This document shows, piece after piece, positions 27,722 to 41,600 of a DNA stretch of 64,000 nucleotides. How positions within the stretch are numbered: position 1 is the first letter of the stretch; every line of letters begins with the position of its first letter. The DNA lies in assembly GCF_002113885.1 (NCBI RefSeq), contig NW_018405476.1, positions 437,875-501,874 on the forward strand, given 5' to 3'. Both the position numbers and the translations under genes were made by a program. The notes beneath the pieces are model-generated. The model was not told the origin of the DNA. It saw nothing but the letters and a program-made list of their open reading frames with translations, and ran no database searches. The stretch comes from Mizuhopecten yessoensis. Its lineage: Eukaryota.

Positions 27722-29125
27722 ATAAAGAGGCACAGGGGCCTTTCGGTCACGTGAGGGGAACAGTATATGCATGTATACATATACATCCTACGTCCTTTCG
27801 GAGAGCTAGCGGCAAAATAGATATGTGCGTTGTGTTGTAATTATATGCCAGTCGCTTAGTGGAGCGAGACCAGTATATGTATACAGGGATATTGTAGAAA
27901 TAGATGCGTAGATAAATTTCGTGGGCTTTTGTGAAAATGCTAATTTTGATAATAAGTTTTAAATATTATAAATTACAATAAAAGCAGTAGGGTATAAGCA
28001 GCGAGGACATCAGTTTGGGATGAAAAAGATAGAGACGTTATTTTGAAAGAAACAAAATGTAATGTTTCTGTGTTATATGGGATACATGGTGCCTACATGT
28101 TTTCAACCAACCCAAAAACGTTCAATTCTTAAAAGTAATAATCAAATAAAATGTTCAAGCTGACGGCTGTGGCGACTATTTCAGATATCTGACACTATAA
28201 TTAGTCAAGGCTAATTACCTAACATCCCTATGAAGTTTAACATTTAAACCCTTAAACAGGACCAGGGCTTAAGTTCAAAACAGATTTTCATTTTTTTGTC
28301 GTGATCATGTAGTAAGCATTCTAACGAAGTTTCATTGAAATCACTTCAGCAAAACTCTTATTTTAAGTTCAAAACAAATTTTCAAAAAAGTGGTCGCGGC
28401 GACCATCTTGATCGAGATGGCAGCCGTGGCGACTATCTTGTATACCTGACCGATTACAAACATAATGATGCTTAGTCACGACCATGTGCTGAACATATCC
28501 ATGAAGTTTTATTGAAATCCTTTCTGTAATATTCTCGTTTTATTTCAAAATTTGAAATAATAACGGACGACGACGGTCGTCTTTGATACTGGTCCACAAA
28601 ATAAATTTACATTATCTATAATATGGAATGTTTAAAGGTTTTAAACATATTTGGCCCCTGTGACCTTGAACTTAGTATCCCTTCATCCCAGCATGTTTCT
28701 GGCCTAATATCTACATACTTGACAATTTGGTAAATTAGAAGAAGTTGTTTCAAGGTTTTACACATATTTGACCCCTGTGACCATTCAATATAGGTCAAGG
28801 TCATTCATTTAAACAAGTTTGGTAGCTCTTAATCAAGCTCTTATTCAGAAGTCGTTTGTAGAAATTAAACATATTTGACCCCTGTGACCTAGAATATAGG
28901 TCAATGTCATTAATTTGAACAAACTTGGTAGCGCTTTATGCAAGCATGTAACAGGTCAAATTTCATCACTCTGAGCGTTTTATTTATTAAGAAGTTGTTC
29001 GAAAGTTTGTTTTTCAGGTTAATTGACCTCTGTGACCGTGAATATAAGTCAAGGTTATTCATTTGAACAAACTTGGTAGCCATTCATCCCTGCATGTTAT
29101 TGGCTAAATATCATCATCCCTGGCT
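27722..29125 (+). mobile_element. Decayed Helentron/HINE-like non-autonomous element(s) with internal TGACC(CCTGTGACC)TTGA repeats
   Basis: 5'-type motif AAGAGGCACAGGGGCC..GGTCACGTGAG, repeated GGCGACCATCTTG and AAGTTTCATTGAAATC motifs, GACGGACGACGACG microsatellite (~28563), and tandem TTTGACCCCTGTGACCTTGA..AGGTCAAGGTCA units 28630-29125. Confidence 0.55.
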
Positions 29126-29254
29126 TTCGAAAATCATAATTCCCTTCATGTAACCAAATACATTCAATGACCGACGACCTTGGCTAGTATGCGCCTTAAT
29201 ACGACACGATGATTCATCTTGAGCATTATTTCCTCAAAACCATCGTTTCCCAAT

Positions 29255-29770
29255 TAGATCATTTGACGTTTCCACTATGTACACGAGCGCCTTCCTTCTC
29301 TTTATTTCCAAGGGGGGAATAGCGTTAGAAATGGCTGTGATTTTTTTTCGAGCATATTTTGTGAGCAAGACCAAATACAATGAGGATGAAATTGTGAACT
29401 GAATTCCTAGTTGGAGTTTGTTGGCGATATTTTAACGCAGACTGTTAGCAGACAAATAACAAACTAAGCACTTCTCTTCTTTAGGCCGACTTATTTTTGT
29501 TTTACGAGGGTGAATTTATCAAAGACCAAAAATTTGATTTTCAGATATATTGATACGTTGTCTTTGATAACAATACCTAACATCTCTGCTTCCCTACTAA
29601 TGATGTTTTTGAGTCGCAGCTGATTCGATAAACATGGACTTGCTCGAATAGACTAACAGACAAACTTTGTCAGTTTCGAGGTTGATGGAGACTGGACAAG
29701 TGTTATGGGCACCATCATTATCGCATTGATCTCAGAAGACGCTTACTCTTCTGGAACATTTGGTCTTAAT
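29255..29770 (+). mobile_element. Second, internally deleted Penelope-like RT relic
   Basis: Plus-strand motifs FDVSTMYT (~29262, cf. FDFSTLYT), ADLFLFYEGEF (~29485) and SQLIR*TWTCS (~29614, cf. SQLIRYARACS). The 3' motif CAGAAGACGCTTACTCTTCTGGAACATTTGGTC is similar to the reverse complement of 13308-13340. Confidence 0.65.
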
Positions 29771-31049
29771 CTAGAATTGTTCATCCTTTCAACAGCCATT
29801 ATAAATCATGTATCAACGGTGAGTACTTTGCATATTTCAGATACCATCACAGGAGCCCATACATTTTGAAACAGATACTTTGAAACTTTGGTAAAGATGT
29901 TTCATGACTACTACAGTAAATGATAACAACTGAACTCATACATAGATATAATGCTGTATCTTTTATTACAAATCGCTTGGTCTTTAAAAAACATGATATC
30001 AGATACCCTGAAATACAAGATTAAAATCAATACGTGAATAGTACTATTTGCGTATGTTTCTGTTGGTGTAATTAAGTTAGTTACAAAATAAACCCGTTAA
30101 TTATAACCCTCCACCAGACGGTTATTTACTGCTGTGAAACAACCGTCCCCAGTATCATACTCTGTAATAGTTAGTTAGGGACGATCATCCGTAACGTCCA
30201 ATCATGCAAAGCCATCCGTATTACATCTTTAATACATTGCAAGTATACTTTCATATTACTATCTTATTGAGGTCTTGACCAATTGGTTCTCCAAACTACA
30301 GCAATAATGATAGCTTATCATGAGCAAAATTTAGTTTCTTGGGCGTCATTTCTTTAAATCTTTAATTAACTGACGCGATGTAAAGTATTGGTTACAGGGT
30401 ATATGATTGGGTGGTCTTTCAATGTGACATGGGATACGCAGGGCACTATGTAATCTATATGTTTAAGTACAGTAGGCCAGATTATCTTCAGAATTAAATG
30501 AAGTTCGGCAGTAATATTTTAAATAAATGTCCAAATTTTTCCTTCCAACAGCACCATAAACTAGTTTTGTATCCTTTTTCTATTTTCATGTAATCGGTAA
30601 GTAAGATCACTTGTTTGGCATTGTCAAAATGGATGATAGAGTGGGGTAATTACTACTGAACCAGAGGCAGGTATTTAACTTAATTTATAAATCACGATAA
30701 TTATCACATTGTTGCGCTGTAGGCTATGAACCTCTTTTTTTTGGAACTGAATTTCTTATGTAACTCTCTCAAATTTTATTAGGTACAGAAAACGGGAAAA
30801 AGAATACAGCCGACATATAAAACATATAATTACAAAAGCTACTAAATGTAAACATGATACAGTGTAGGAAGGGGAAGTGATGATCTTATAGAGTTAGCAC
30901 TGTGTGATCAATATATCATGGTGAAGTGGGTGATAAACAGGGTATCCAACAATGTACATTTTGATTGGTACAGTGATATAGGAGGTGATCATTGAAATAT
31001 TACACAAGTGATAAAAAATGGAGCAGAATACTTGTGGGGGAATCAATGA

Positions 31050-31410
31050 AACCTGTATGTCATTAACGTAAGAAACCTTCATTAATTGATGATACATGTA
31101 TGTCATTAACGTAAGAAACCTTCATTAATTGATGATACATGTATGTCATTAAAGTAAGAAACCTTCATTAATTGATGATACCTGTATGTCATTAATATAA
31201 GAAACCTTCATTAATTGATGATACATGTATGTCATTAACGTAAGAAACCTTCATTAATCGATGATACCTGTATGTCATTAATATAAGAAACCTTCATTAA
31301 TTGATGATACATGTATGCCATTAATATAAGAAACCTTCATTAATTGATGATACCTGTATGTCATTAATGTAAGAAACCTTCATTATATAGGAAATCTTCA
31401 TTAATTGATA
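31050..31410. repeat. 43-bp AT-rich minisatellite, ~8 copies
   Basis: Unit TGTATGTCATTAACGTAAGAAACCTTCATTAATTGATGATACA; copies at 31054 and 31097. Confidence 0.9.
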
Positions 31411-34400
31411 CCTAAATTTAATGAAGATACCTTAATTAAATGATGATCCCTTAATTTCATTAAGAGACCTTCACTAATTTCTTAAGCATCTAATTCTTAT
31501 GTAGAATTTCCTTACTGTCATGATTATGTTTTATGTTTATGATAAATCAAGCCTTAAGTCAATGAAAGCACTAACTGTAACGGAAACCATTATAAACGTA
31601 GGATATATCAGATACCTGACATCAGGTGTACACAGCTCTGTTTGTCTTATATTTACCTTAATATCTCTCTTTGACCCTCATCTTTCTATTTTTCCTATCG
31701 TAGCTAAACTATTATATAACTATACTCTATTATACCTGCTACATATATACATAAAATTGTTAATACCGAGTCACTGTAATGTATGACCTTACTTTTAATA
31801 TGTATTTTCTCCTGCTGCTGTGTTAGGTCTACAACAAAACTGTAAATAACTATTGATTGTAATGCCAAACATCAACAACACTGGTAACACACAGTAAAAT
31901 TGCACATATCCTTGGTGGCGACAACTTCATACACGCCCAAAGAGTACAACAGTTCACTTTTAAGAACATTTCCTAATTAAGTTATAGTCATCATTATATT
32001 ATCATCCTCATTATCATAAATAACTAGCCATCACAGTATTCAGATTTGTTTCTTTGAAGAAAACTTGACCATCACCATATATAACAAATCATTTTCAAAG
32101 AACACATTAAATAAAACTGATGCCATTATTACTGAAATTGCAGTCAAACTTTCTGATATTACAAACTATGTGGGATTTTATTTTCCAATTATAACTTCCT
32201 AACAACTCCAAACTTGCATTAGATTTTTACATTCCAAATAACAAAATATGCAAATAATACATGGGATTGATAATACATGCATGCTAACTTACATGGGAAA
32301 AAATATTTCACGTAATATAAACAGTTCTGAATAGCTAGAAGTGAGCGATCCTGCTACTGAAAACATAACAAACACCCCCTCCCCCTGCCTATCCACTCAA
32401 ATAGTGTAATACTATATGAACAGAAATGGCAAAGAGAAGTTACTGGGATTACATTGTACATTATTATGTCTCAGAATTAACATCAACATGAAAGTGACGT
32501 CATTGCGACCCCCAATGACCTCTATCATCACAGATAGCCCTGGAACATTATCAACTGACCAGTCTAGCACCACACAGGTCTGTAATATCTCACTGACTGG
32601 CAACATATCACAGGTCTCATCCATTTCTATACTTCTAAATACCTATTTACAGACACAGAGAAGAAAACCCCGCTAAAATATCTAAAAACATTTTTTCGGA
32701 AAAAAATCACATTTTTTACATTCCTTCAATATGTTTGAAAATCGGAAGAAAAGATAATACAAGGTTTCATATATAAAAAAAGTGAATATAAAAAGTAGAA
32801 AGTGAACATTTTAGTCATGCTGGAGTAATTTACCAAATTGAATTTGAACAGCGTTACATCAAGTTGATTACTTAACTGAAGTTGAGCAGCCCAACAACTT
32901 ATTTAATTATAATCTATTTTGTAAATTGTACAACAGGTAACTTCCTTATGGAAAGTTTGGTGAGATTCATAAACTGGCCACGATATCATGACTATAACGA
33001 ACAATTAGTATTAATAAATGTGACCCATTAAAATGAAATCAAAGTGAAATCTTCTACTACTGTATTACTAGGCCCAGTTTGTTTAAAGTTTTGTTAGCTT
33101 GACCACAACAAAATGCCAAAAGGTTTTCCCCTTGGCAAAGTTCAAAAATATTGAAATTCAAAACTTAAATTGCATGTAAGATTTAACATCATCGCAGTGA
33201 TAGATAGGAAACAACAAAATGTTTGTTTTTCAGTCATTTCTCAAAATTCACACTTTTAATTGATTTTTAATGACTCATTAATATAAGCTAAGCACACTTT
33301 GAACAATTGGACCTACGTCTAAATAATGAGTCATGCATGACTATATACAGCTACAAACAACATCTGGCAGACATTTTTAATAAAATAAATACAGTAACGT
33401 CACAGCTGCTAGGTACAAATTGAGAAATGACTCATTTGTAATTTTGATACGAGATACCATCAAGCTACAAACAGCAAAAACTTCGGCCTTTTTATAACTG
33501 TTTATAACTGTTAATATACAGACTGCATAGATTATGATAGTTTGCTGTTTCATTCCCATAGTTCATATCAGGCTGATTTTGTCCTCGATATTTTTTCTGC
33601 ATGCCACAAACACTAGCAAGTGTATTCGCCCTTCATCATTTAAATATTTACATAATATGATATTAAACTTAATTCCTTGTGTTACTGTTGCTGATGAAAA
33701 TGGCAGTGTCTGATAATAATGATTTCATAAAATATCATCAATCCAGATGTTAATGAATTATGTCGGTGTTGATTGCATATGATATACAGCTGTTAACCAG
33801 AGTTGAGGTTGACAAGCTAGTTTTTGAACCAAAAGCTCAAACTATTATTCCAGTTTATATTGTTTACTTAATATTTCTTATGACACATCTTAAAATACAT
33901 TCACAAAAAATGTCAGATTCAATAAAGAGGTGATTTAGTCATTACCTACAAATTGTCTGTTGAATGAGTTCACAAGTGAAAATAGATTCTATGAGAGGAA
34001 GAAATGATTTCATTTTGATCTTACCTGTCACATAGAAAAACAGGTATTAGAGTAAAAAACACCAAATATTGGTATGAAATATTTTTTTAGATGAGTATCT
34101 GACCCATATCACGTTTAGACTGAAGAACAGTGTTGTATTGTCATATGCAAATAACACATTGTCTAGTTTATATATTCAGCATTATCCTACATCAACTGAA
34201 GCTTTACCTGTTAAATTATTAGAATTTTAATTAAACTTAAACATAGAAACTTCAATAGGGTAACACTTTTAAATGAAACTGACAGAATGTAGTACATTTT
34301 TCTTCAGCATTCCTGTTTGAAAATTTATCTAGACAGATAAAATAGGTTAATTACTAAACATGTGGATTTCTCAATAATCACGACTAACATTGCCGTACAG

Positions 34401-34964
34401 CACCAGTGATTTTGTTCAAAGTCAAGATTGATTTTATTTTACAACTCAGATATATAGATACCCATATGCATGTACAACCTTTGTTTGTTTGATAATTATA
34501 AATCACATTTTAGGCCAGAGTAATCCTGCTGTAAGGGAACCCAAATAGGTGTCAACTGAGAAGCTAATTCAGTTACTTCACATCTAATGTTAACAACTTA
34601 GTATTAGACAGGAATCTTTTTATTTTCAATATAAAATTGAGATTTAATCAGCTGTTTTTGCCATTTGATTTTTCTTCAAGCATGAACGGAGTGTGTTGAT
34701 TGTCCTCGTATGGCTTATCCACCAATGGGTAATGGAAGGAGTCTAGCCTTTACTGTGACGGCGGTTGACTATCAATATGTAGGTAGGACCTATCAACAAA
34801 AGGATGTTCACAAAAATTGTTTATGAGTTGGAGTCACATTTCTTTAACAAGACTTTCCCATGATAATTGCCAATACATGCCTTTCCTTGAATGAGAAGAT
34901 TTCCCATGTTATGTGTCTAATACAGATGGTACACTGCTTTGTGGGGTGACGTGCGGTGTCATCA

Positions 34965-35470
34965 AAAGTCTCCACAGACTGCTTCAGACAATCCGACGAT
35001 ACGTCACCACAGACTGCTACAGACAATCCGACGATACCTCACCACAGACTGCTTCAAACAATCCGACGATACGTCACCACAGACTGCTTCAGACAATCTG
35101 ACGATACGTCACCACAGACTGCTACAGACAATCCGACGATATGTCACCACAGACTGCTACAGACAATCCGACGATATGTCACCACAGACTGCTACAGACA
35201 ATCCAAGGTACGTCACCACAGACTGCTACAGACAATCCGACAATACGTCACCATAGACTGCTACAGACAATCTGACGATACTTCACCACAGACTGCTTCA
35301 GACAATCCGACGATACGTCACCACTGACGGCTACAGACAATCTGACGATACGTCACCACAGACTGCTTCAGACAATCTGACGATACGTCACCACGACTGC
35401 TTCAGACAATCCAACGATACGTCACCAGAGACTGCTTCAGACAATCTGAGACGATACATCATCACTGACT
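34965..35470. repeat. 35-bp minisatellite, ~14 copies
   Basis: Unit GTCACCACAGACTGCTACAGACAATCCGACGATAC. Confidence 0.92.
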
Positions 35471-35540
35471 GGGTATTAACATATATAGTCATTGCAGTAG
35501 GGTTTTTAATTAGGCAGATTAAAAAAAACATAGGCTTGTT

Positions 35541-35681
35541 TCACCGAGTTGAATTTGGATGGGAGTTGGGTATAGACTGAGTTCTACGTGAATGCACTTG
35601 TCGTTGTCTAGCTAAAAATGATTGTCCAGTTGAAGCGTTGGCCAACCTCTCTTCTGTAGCCTGGCGATTCAACTGCATTCC
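35541..35681 (-). CDS. HOOK3: Hook C-terminal exon [13 protein letters not shown]...QSFLARQRQ...NSTR*
   Basis: TTTCAG|GGA...; TGA at 35541-35543. The TGA overlaps a possible donor CG|GTGAAA, so the true 3' end is uncertain. Confidence 0.88.
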   Translation of the reverse strand, partial: GMQLNRQATEERLANASTGQSFLARQRQVHSRRTQSIPNSHPNSTR

Positions 35682-38600
35682 CTGAAACACAAATCATTGA
35701 ACACTCCCATAAATATTGGACATTGTCAATTTGGTTTGGTTTATTTTGTTAAACATCCTATTAACAGCTACGGTCATTTAAGGATTGTTATAAACACTGT
35801 GCTCAGTTCATTATCTATTGATATAGACAGTTCACAGACAAGTCATTCCATGGCTACCATATTTGACTGCAAATAAGCCCCCTCCTCACTTTGGCAAATG
35901 TCCTGGGAAGAGGGTGGGTGCCTGCAATTAAGCCCTCTTCCTAATTTTGGTCAATCTTTTTCAAGGTGGGGGCTTATTTGCAGATAAATATGGTCTGTAT
36001 CGTCTTTGTTTCCTGGTTATACTGGATAACTTGATAAAGACTGAAGACAACTTACCAGATTGTACCAGGCAGATACTATGTATTTCTCCTCTTGTTCTCG
36101 TATATTTTTAGCCTTGTCATTTTCTTTCTGGAATAAGTAAGAAACATAACTTTAAGCAAAATGTAGTAGTACAATGTACAATAGAAAAGTGGTTGATACC
36201 ATGACATTGAATCAATTTGGTGAAATTATATGCTTCTTTGCACAAGGTAACCCACGTGCACCCCCATCCTCGATACTCCAGGAGTTAGGATCACTTTCGC
36301 TCTCTGCAACCCTAGAACATCATAAAATTGATGGCTCTGTGTTCCACACCTTGTGGATTTGACAAGATGACTAGTTTGATCTTTTGATTTGCATTAAAAG
36401 AATTTTGCGGTCGCATAACAGTAAAATTTACTGGCTTTGAAGTTAGGTGTTGCTTCTCTGTAATCTTCAAAGGACAGTGATCAGCCTAGCAATTGGTTAG
36501 GTTTTTTTACCTGATACCTATCGAAAAGCTAGCCATGTGCCATCAATTTTGTTATGACATATTCCAGGGGTGCAGAGAGTAAATGTGAGCGTAACCCCTG
36601 GAGTATCGAGGATGACCCAGCAGTGACTAAACTTGTCCTCTCGGTCATCCATAAACATTAAAAATGTACAAGTGTAAATATTTTTACCTTAAGACATTAA
36701 CAACACACAAGACAGACAAACAACATTTCTAGATATTTTTTATGAAACTTATTACCAGTATTTAAAGTCAAAAGGAGTAAATTGTGATATCAAAGTTTTA
36801 CTCAAGATCGACTGGTTCCATTGTCAAGCTATGACTGAGTGACAAAGGGACCATCTCACTCAGTCCCAGCTTGACGAAGGGACCATCTCACTCAGTCCCA
36901 GCTTGACAAAGGAACCATCTCACTCAGTCCCAGCTTGACAAATGGTCCAGTCGGGCTTGAAACATTGTGACACATTTAATATGTACATTGTCTGTGCATA
37001 AAGTAAAACTTTTATATCACATATTTCCAAACTGATGTACCTTATTGACAGTCCCAGGTTGACAAAGGGACCATCCCACTCAGTCCCAGCTTGACAAATG
37101 GAGCAGTCGGTCTTGAAACATTGTGACACATTTACTATGTACATTGTTTGTGCATAAAGTAAAACTTTGATATCACATATTTCCAAACTGATGTACCTTA
37201 TTGACAGTCCCAGGTTGACAAAGGGACCATCCCACTCAGTCCCAGCTTTACAAAGGGACCATCTCACTCAGTCCCGGCTTGACAAAGGGACCATCTCACT
37301 CACTCATAGCTTGACGAAGGGACCATCTCACTCAGCCCCAGCTTGACAAAGGAACCATCTCACTCAGTCCCAGCTTGAAAAAGGGACCATCTCACTCAGT
37401 CCCAGCTTAACAAAGGGACCATCTCACTCAGTCCGAGCTTGACGAAGGGACCATCTCACTTAGTCCCAGCTTGACAAAGGGACCATCTAACTCAGTCCCA
37501 GCTTGACAAAGGGACCAATCTCACTCAGTCCCAGCTTGACAAAGGGCCCATCTCACTCAGTCATAGCTTGACGAAGAGACCATCTCACTCAGTCCCAGCC
37601 TGACAAAGGGACCATCTCACTCAGTACCAGCTTGACAAAGGGACCATCTCACACAGTCCCAGCTTGACAAAGGGACCAGCTCACGCAGTCCCAGCTTGAC
37701 AAAGGGACCATCCCACTCAGTCCCAGCTTGACAAATGGACCTGTCGGTCTTGAAACATTGTGACACATTTAATATGTACATTGTTTGTGCATAAAGTAAA
37801 ACTTTGATATCACATATTTCCAAACTGATGTACCTTATTGACAGTCCCAGGTTGACAAAGGGACCATCTCACTCAGTCACAGCTTGACAAAGGGACCATC
37901 TCACACAGTCCCAGCTTGACAAAGGGACCATCTCCCTCAGTCCCAGCTTGAAAAAGGGACCATCTCACTCAGTCCCAGATTGACGAAGGGCCCATCTCAC
38001 TCAGTCCCAGCTTGACAAATGGACCAGTCGGTCTTGAAACATTGTGACACATTTAATATGTACATTGATGACTGAGTGACAAAGGGACCATCTCACTCCG
38101 TCCCAGCTTGACAAAGGGACCATCTAACTCAGTCCCAGCTTGACAAAGGGACCAATCTCACTCAGTCCCAGCTTGACGAAGGGACCATCTAACTCAGTTC
38201 TAGCTTGACAAAGGGACCATCTCACTCCGTCCCAGCTTGACGAAGGGACCATCTCACTCAGCCCCAGCTTGACAAAGGAACCATCTCACTCAGTCCCAGC
38301 TTGACGAAGGGACCATCTCACTTAGTCCCAGCTTGACAAAGGGACCATCCCACTCAGTCCCAGCTTGACAAATGGACCTGTCGGTCTTGAAACATTGTGA
38401 CACATTTAATATGTACATTGTCTGTGCATAAAGTAAAACTTTTATATCACATATTTCCAAACTGATGTACCTTATTGACAGTCCCAGGTTGACAAAGGGA
38501 CCATCTCACTCAGGCCCAGCTTGACAAAGGGACCATCTCACTAAGTCCCAGCTTGACAAATGGACCAGTCGGTCTTGAAACATTGTGACCCATTTAATAT

Positions 38601-41600
38601 GTACATTGTTTGTGCATAAAGTAAAACTTTGATATCACATATTTCCAAACTGATGTACCTCCCAGCTTGACGAAGGGACCATCTAACTCAGTTCTAGCTT
38701 GACAAAGGGACCATCTCACTCCGTCCCAGCTTGACGAAGGGACCATCTAACTCAGTTCTAGCTTGACAAAGGGACCATCTCACTCAATCCCAGCTTGACA
38801 AAGGGACCATCTCGCTCAGTCATAGCTTGACGAAGGGACCATTTCTCTCAGTCCCAGCTTGACAAAGGGACCCTCTCACTCAGTCATAGCTTGACGAAGG
38901 GACAATCTCACTCAGTCCTAGCTTGACAAATGGACCAGTCGGTCTTGAAACATTGTGACACATTTACTATGTACATTGTTTGTGCATAAAGTAAAACTTT
39001 GATATCACATATTTCCAAACTGATGTACCTTATTGACAGTCCCAGGTTGACAAAGGGACCATCTCACTCAGTCCCGGCTTGACAAAGGGACCATCTCACT
39101 CCGTCCCAGCTTGACGAAGGGACCATCTCACTTAGTCCCAGCTTGACAAAGGGACCATCTCACTCAGTCCCAGCTTGACAAATGGACCAGTCGGTCTTGA
39201 AACATTGTGACACATTTAATATGTACATTGTTTGTGCATAAAGTAAAACTTTGATATCACATATTTCCAAACTGATGTACCTTATTGAAGGAGTGAATTT
39301 TTTTTTTTATATACATGTGAAAAGTATGAAAAGCAATCATTCTCTGAATTGATGTTAAAACTGGTTTAAATCAAGAAACAGGCAATTACTGAGTTTGTTA
39401 ATGGGCAGTCAAAGAACATTGAGACTTGCTAGGGTTATGAACTATATACATCTACTATGGCTACCACTGGCACTATAACAGCTGTTTGATATTTGAATAA
39501 TTAGGACACCAAATACCAAAATATTTTGTCCTGGTTAAAGTTAACTTTTACTGCAAATACTACTTTTGTACGATCCTGTAATTTTTGTCACTCCTAAAAA
39601 TGTAATAAACTAAGTCCAATAGCTTTCCATTTATCAACACTGATTCAACTCATTCACCCCTGAAATTTCGTAATGAACTAAACTAACCTTTGAATTGGAT
39701 GAGTTCAAATGTGTCTTCAAGGGTGAATTAGTTATTTGGTACAATATATAATATAATGATTTAACACCTAAGTTTCAATAAATAAACACACCTGATGAAG
39801 AAATCAAATCACACATCATGCTCAAGTCATTAAAATCAATCAAACAGTCAACGACAGCACAATAAAACAAGAAACCAAATGGACAAGGTTACCTCTAACT
39901 GTTCAATGTGTCTCTCTTTTTCCTGCAGTTGATTTTTTAAGGCCGTCACTGTCACTTCGGAGACAGTTCCTGTGTTCTGTTTGGTATCTATAGCCTTGAA
40001 CACCTAGCAACGAGAAACAGGACAGACATTGTGACTTGGGTTGTCTCAGGAGTCATTACTGACATACTGATAGGTATGTAAGAGATCATAAGCAATCAAT
40101 GGTTAAGTTTTCCGATATTCTTGGAAAAATGTTAGTTGCACTTGTGGTGTTTTGACAATCCTAATTTTAATGGCAGCTGATTACTATTGATTGAGAGTTA
40201 CTCTATTGTTTTCTAGTAATTTAAATACTTATTATACCATACAAACGTGGTTATTACGTTCTTTGTAGGTAAAAGATTTTTCAAAAATCTTGACTTTAAA
40301 GTTCAAAAGATTAGGCAAACTGTAGTCCTAGTTATAAGGTATACACAGTGTCTTTACTAAGTAGGGGAAGCACAATGATAAAGTTCTACAAATAAATTAC
40401 GATATTTTGTCAAAGGCTTTCTGCAGGAAAAGAGAGAAACCACGACATGCGAAGGGAGATAATCATTTAAAAACCAAACATTACAAATAGACTGATAGTC
40501 ATTAGTATTTTGACTATTTTGCATCAACAGACACACCTGATTATATGATTAGTCATTGGGGAGAAACAATTCGTTGGTAGACACCAGCGAAAAAAATTGT
40601 CAAAATAAAATAAAATAAGGAAAAATAAAAATAAATAACACAATTCTTTGATAGACACAAATTACATTCATTCCAATACAGTCATATCTGACATGCTACT
40701 ATCAATGTGTTAGATTTGAGACTTTCATTCTTAATCTGCAAACAGCAAACTGTCAAGAATCAAATATACAGGAATACTACACACAGTTATACAATAACAT
40801 ATCGGGGTTGAACTTGGTTAGTACAGTAACTATACAGCAATCACAGGGACACCACAGTAGTGTTGTAAGCACCAGCCCAGTGTGTACGTACCGACTTGGC
40901 TTTCTCCAGATACTTTTTATACCTAGCCTCCATTAATTTCATGTCGTCGTCCTTCTTATTGAGTTGATCCTGTAGCTCCTGAACCTTATCTACACTACTA
41001 CTTAGCCTAGCCTCCAGGTCACCTATTGTCTCTTTATTTTTCTTAACCACATTTTCAGTATCTTGAGTCCGTTTAATCTGCTCGTTAAGTTTTTTCCGCA
41101 TCTCCAGCATTTCCTCATTAGATGTGGTGGTTTGACTCTCTTGTATATCTTCAACTTGGGCTTCCAAAGCCATTATACGCTGATTGGCTATCCTGTATCA
41201 AGACAATGTAAATACACTGATATATGTACAGGAACCTTATCATTCTCTGTCTAGATAATGAGAATTGATACTTTTTAAACCAACAATGCTAATGTACATT
41301 ACAAGTCATTTCTGTATTACTATAGCAGTAAAACAGGATTTATATAAGTACATATAACCAACACTTTAATTATACACATAGTACTATTCCAATATCTTGA
41401 CATTTACAATATAATTGTTACTGTCAATATATATCATATTCATCTCAAAACTCATAAAATTATTTGAGCTTTGTTATCAATCTAATGTACTGTTCTATTA
41501 ATTTTTTAATGTGAATTAAAATGTAAATAAAGTTTTAAATATTTGTTTATAAATGGTCATATGATTTCAAGACATTTCAGAACTCTACCAATTCAAGACC

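Noticed and set aside
36825-39290. CRISPR-like look (32-bp repeats with intervening blocks)
   Set aside because: Repeats are mostly head-to-tail, the intervening blocks are copies of each other rather than unique spacers, there are no cas genes, and the context is a eukaryotic intron.
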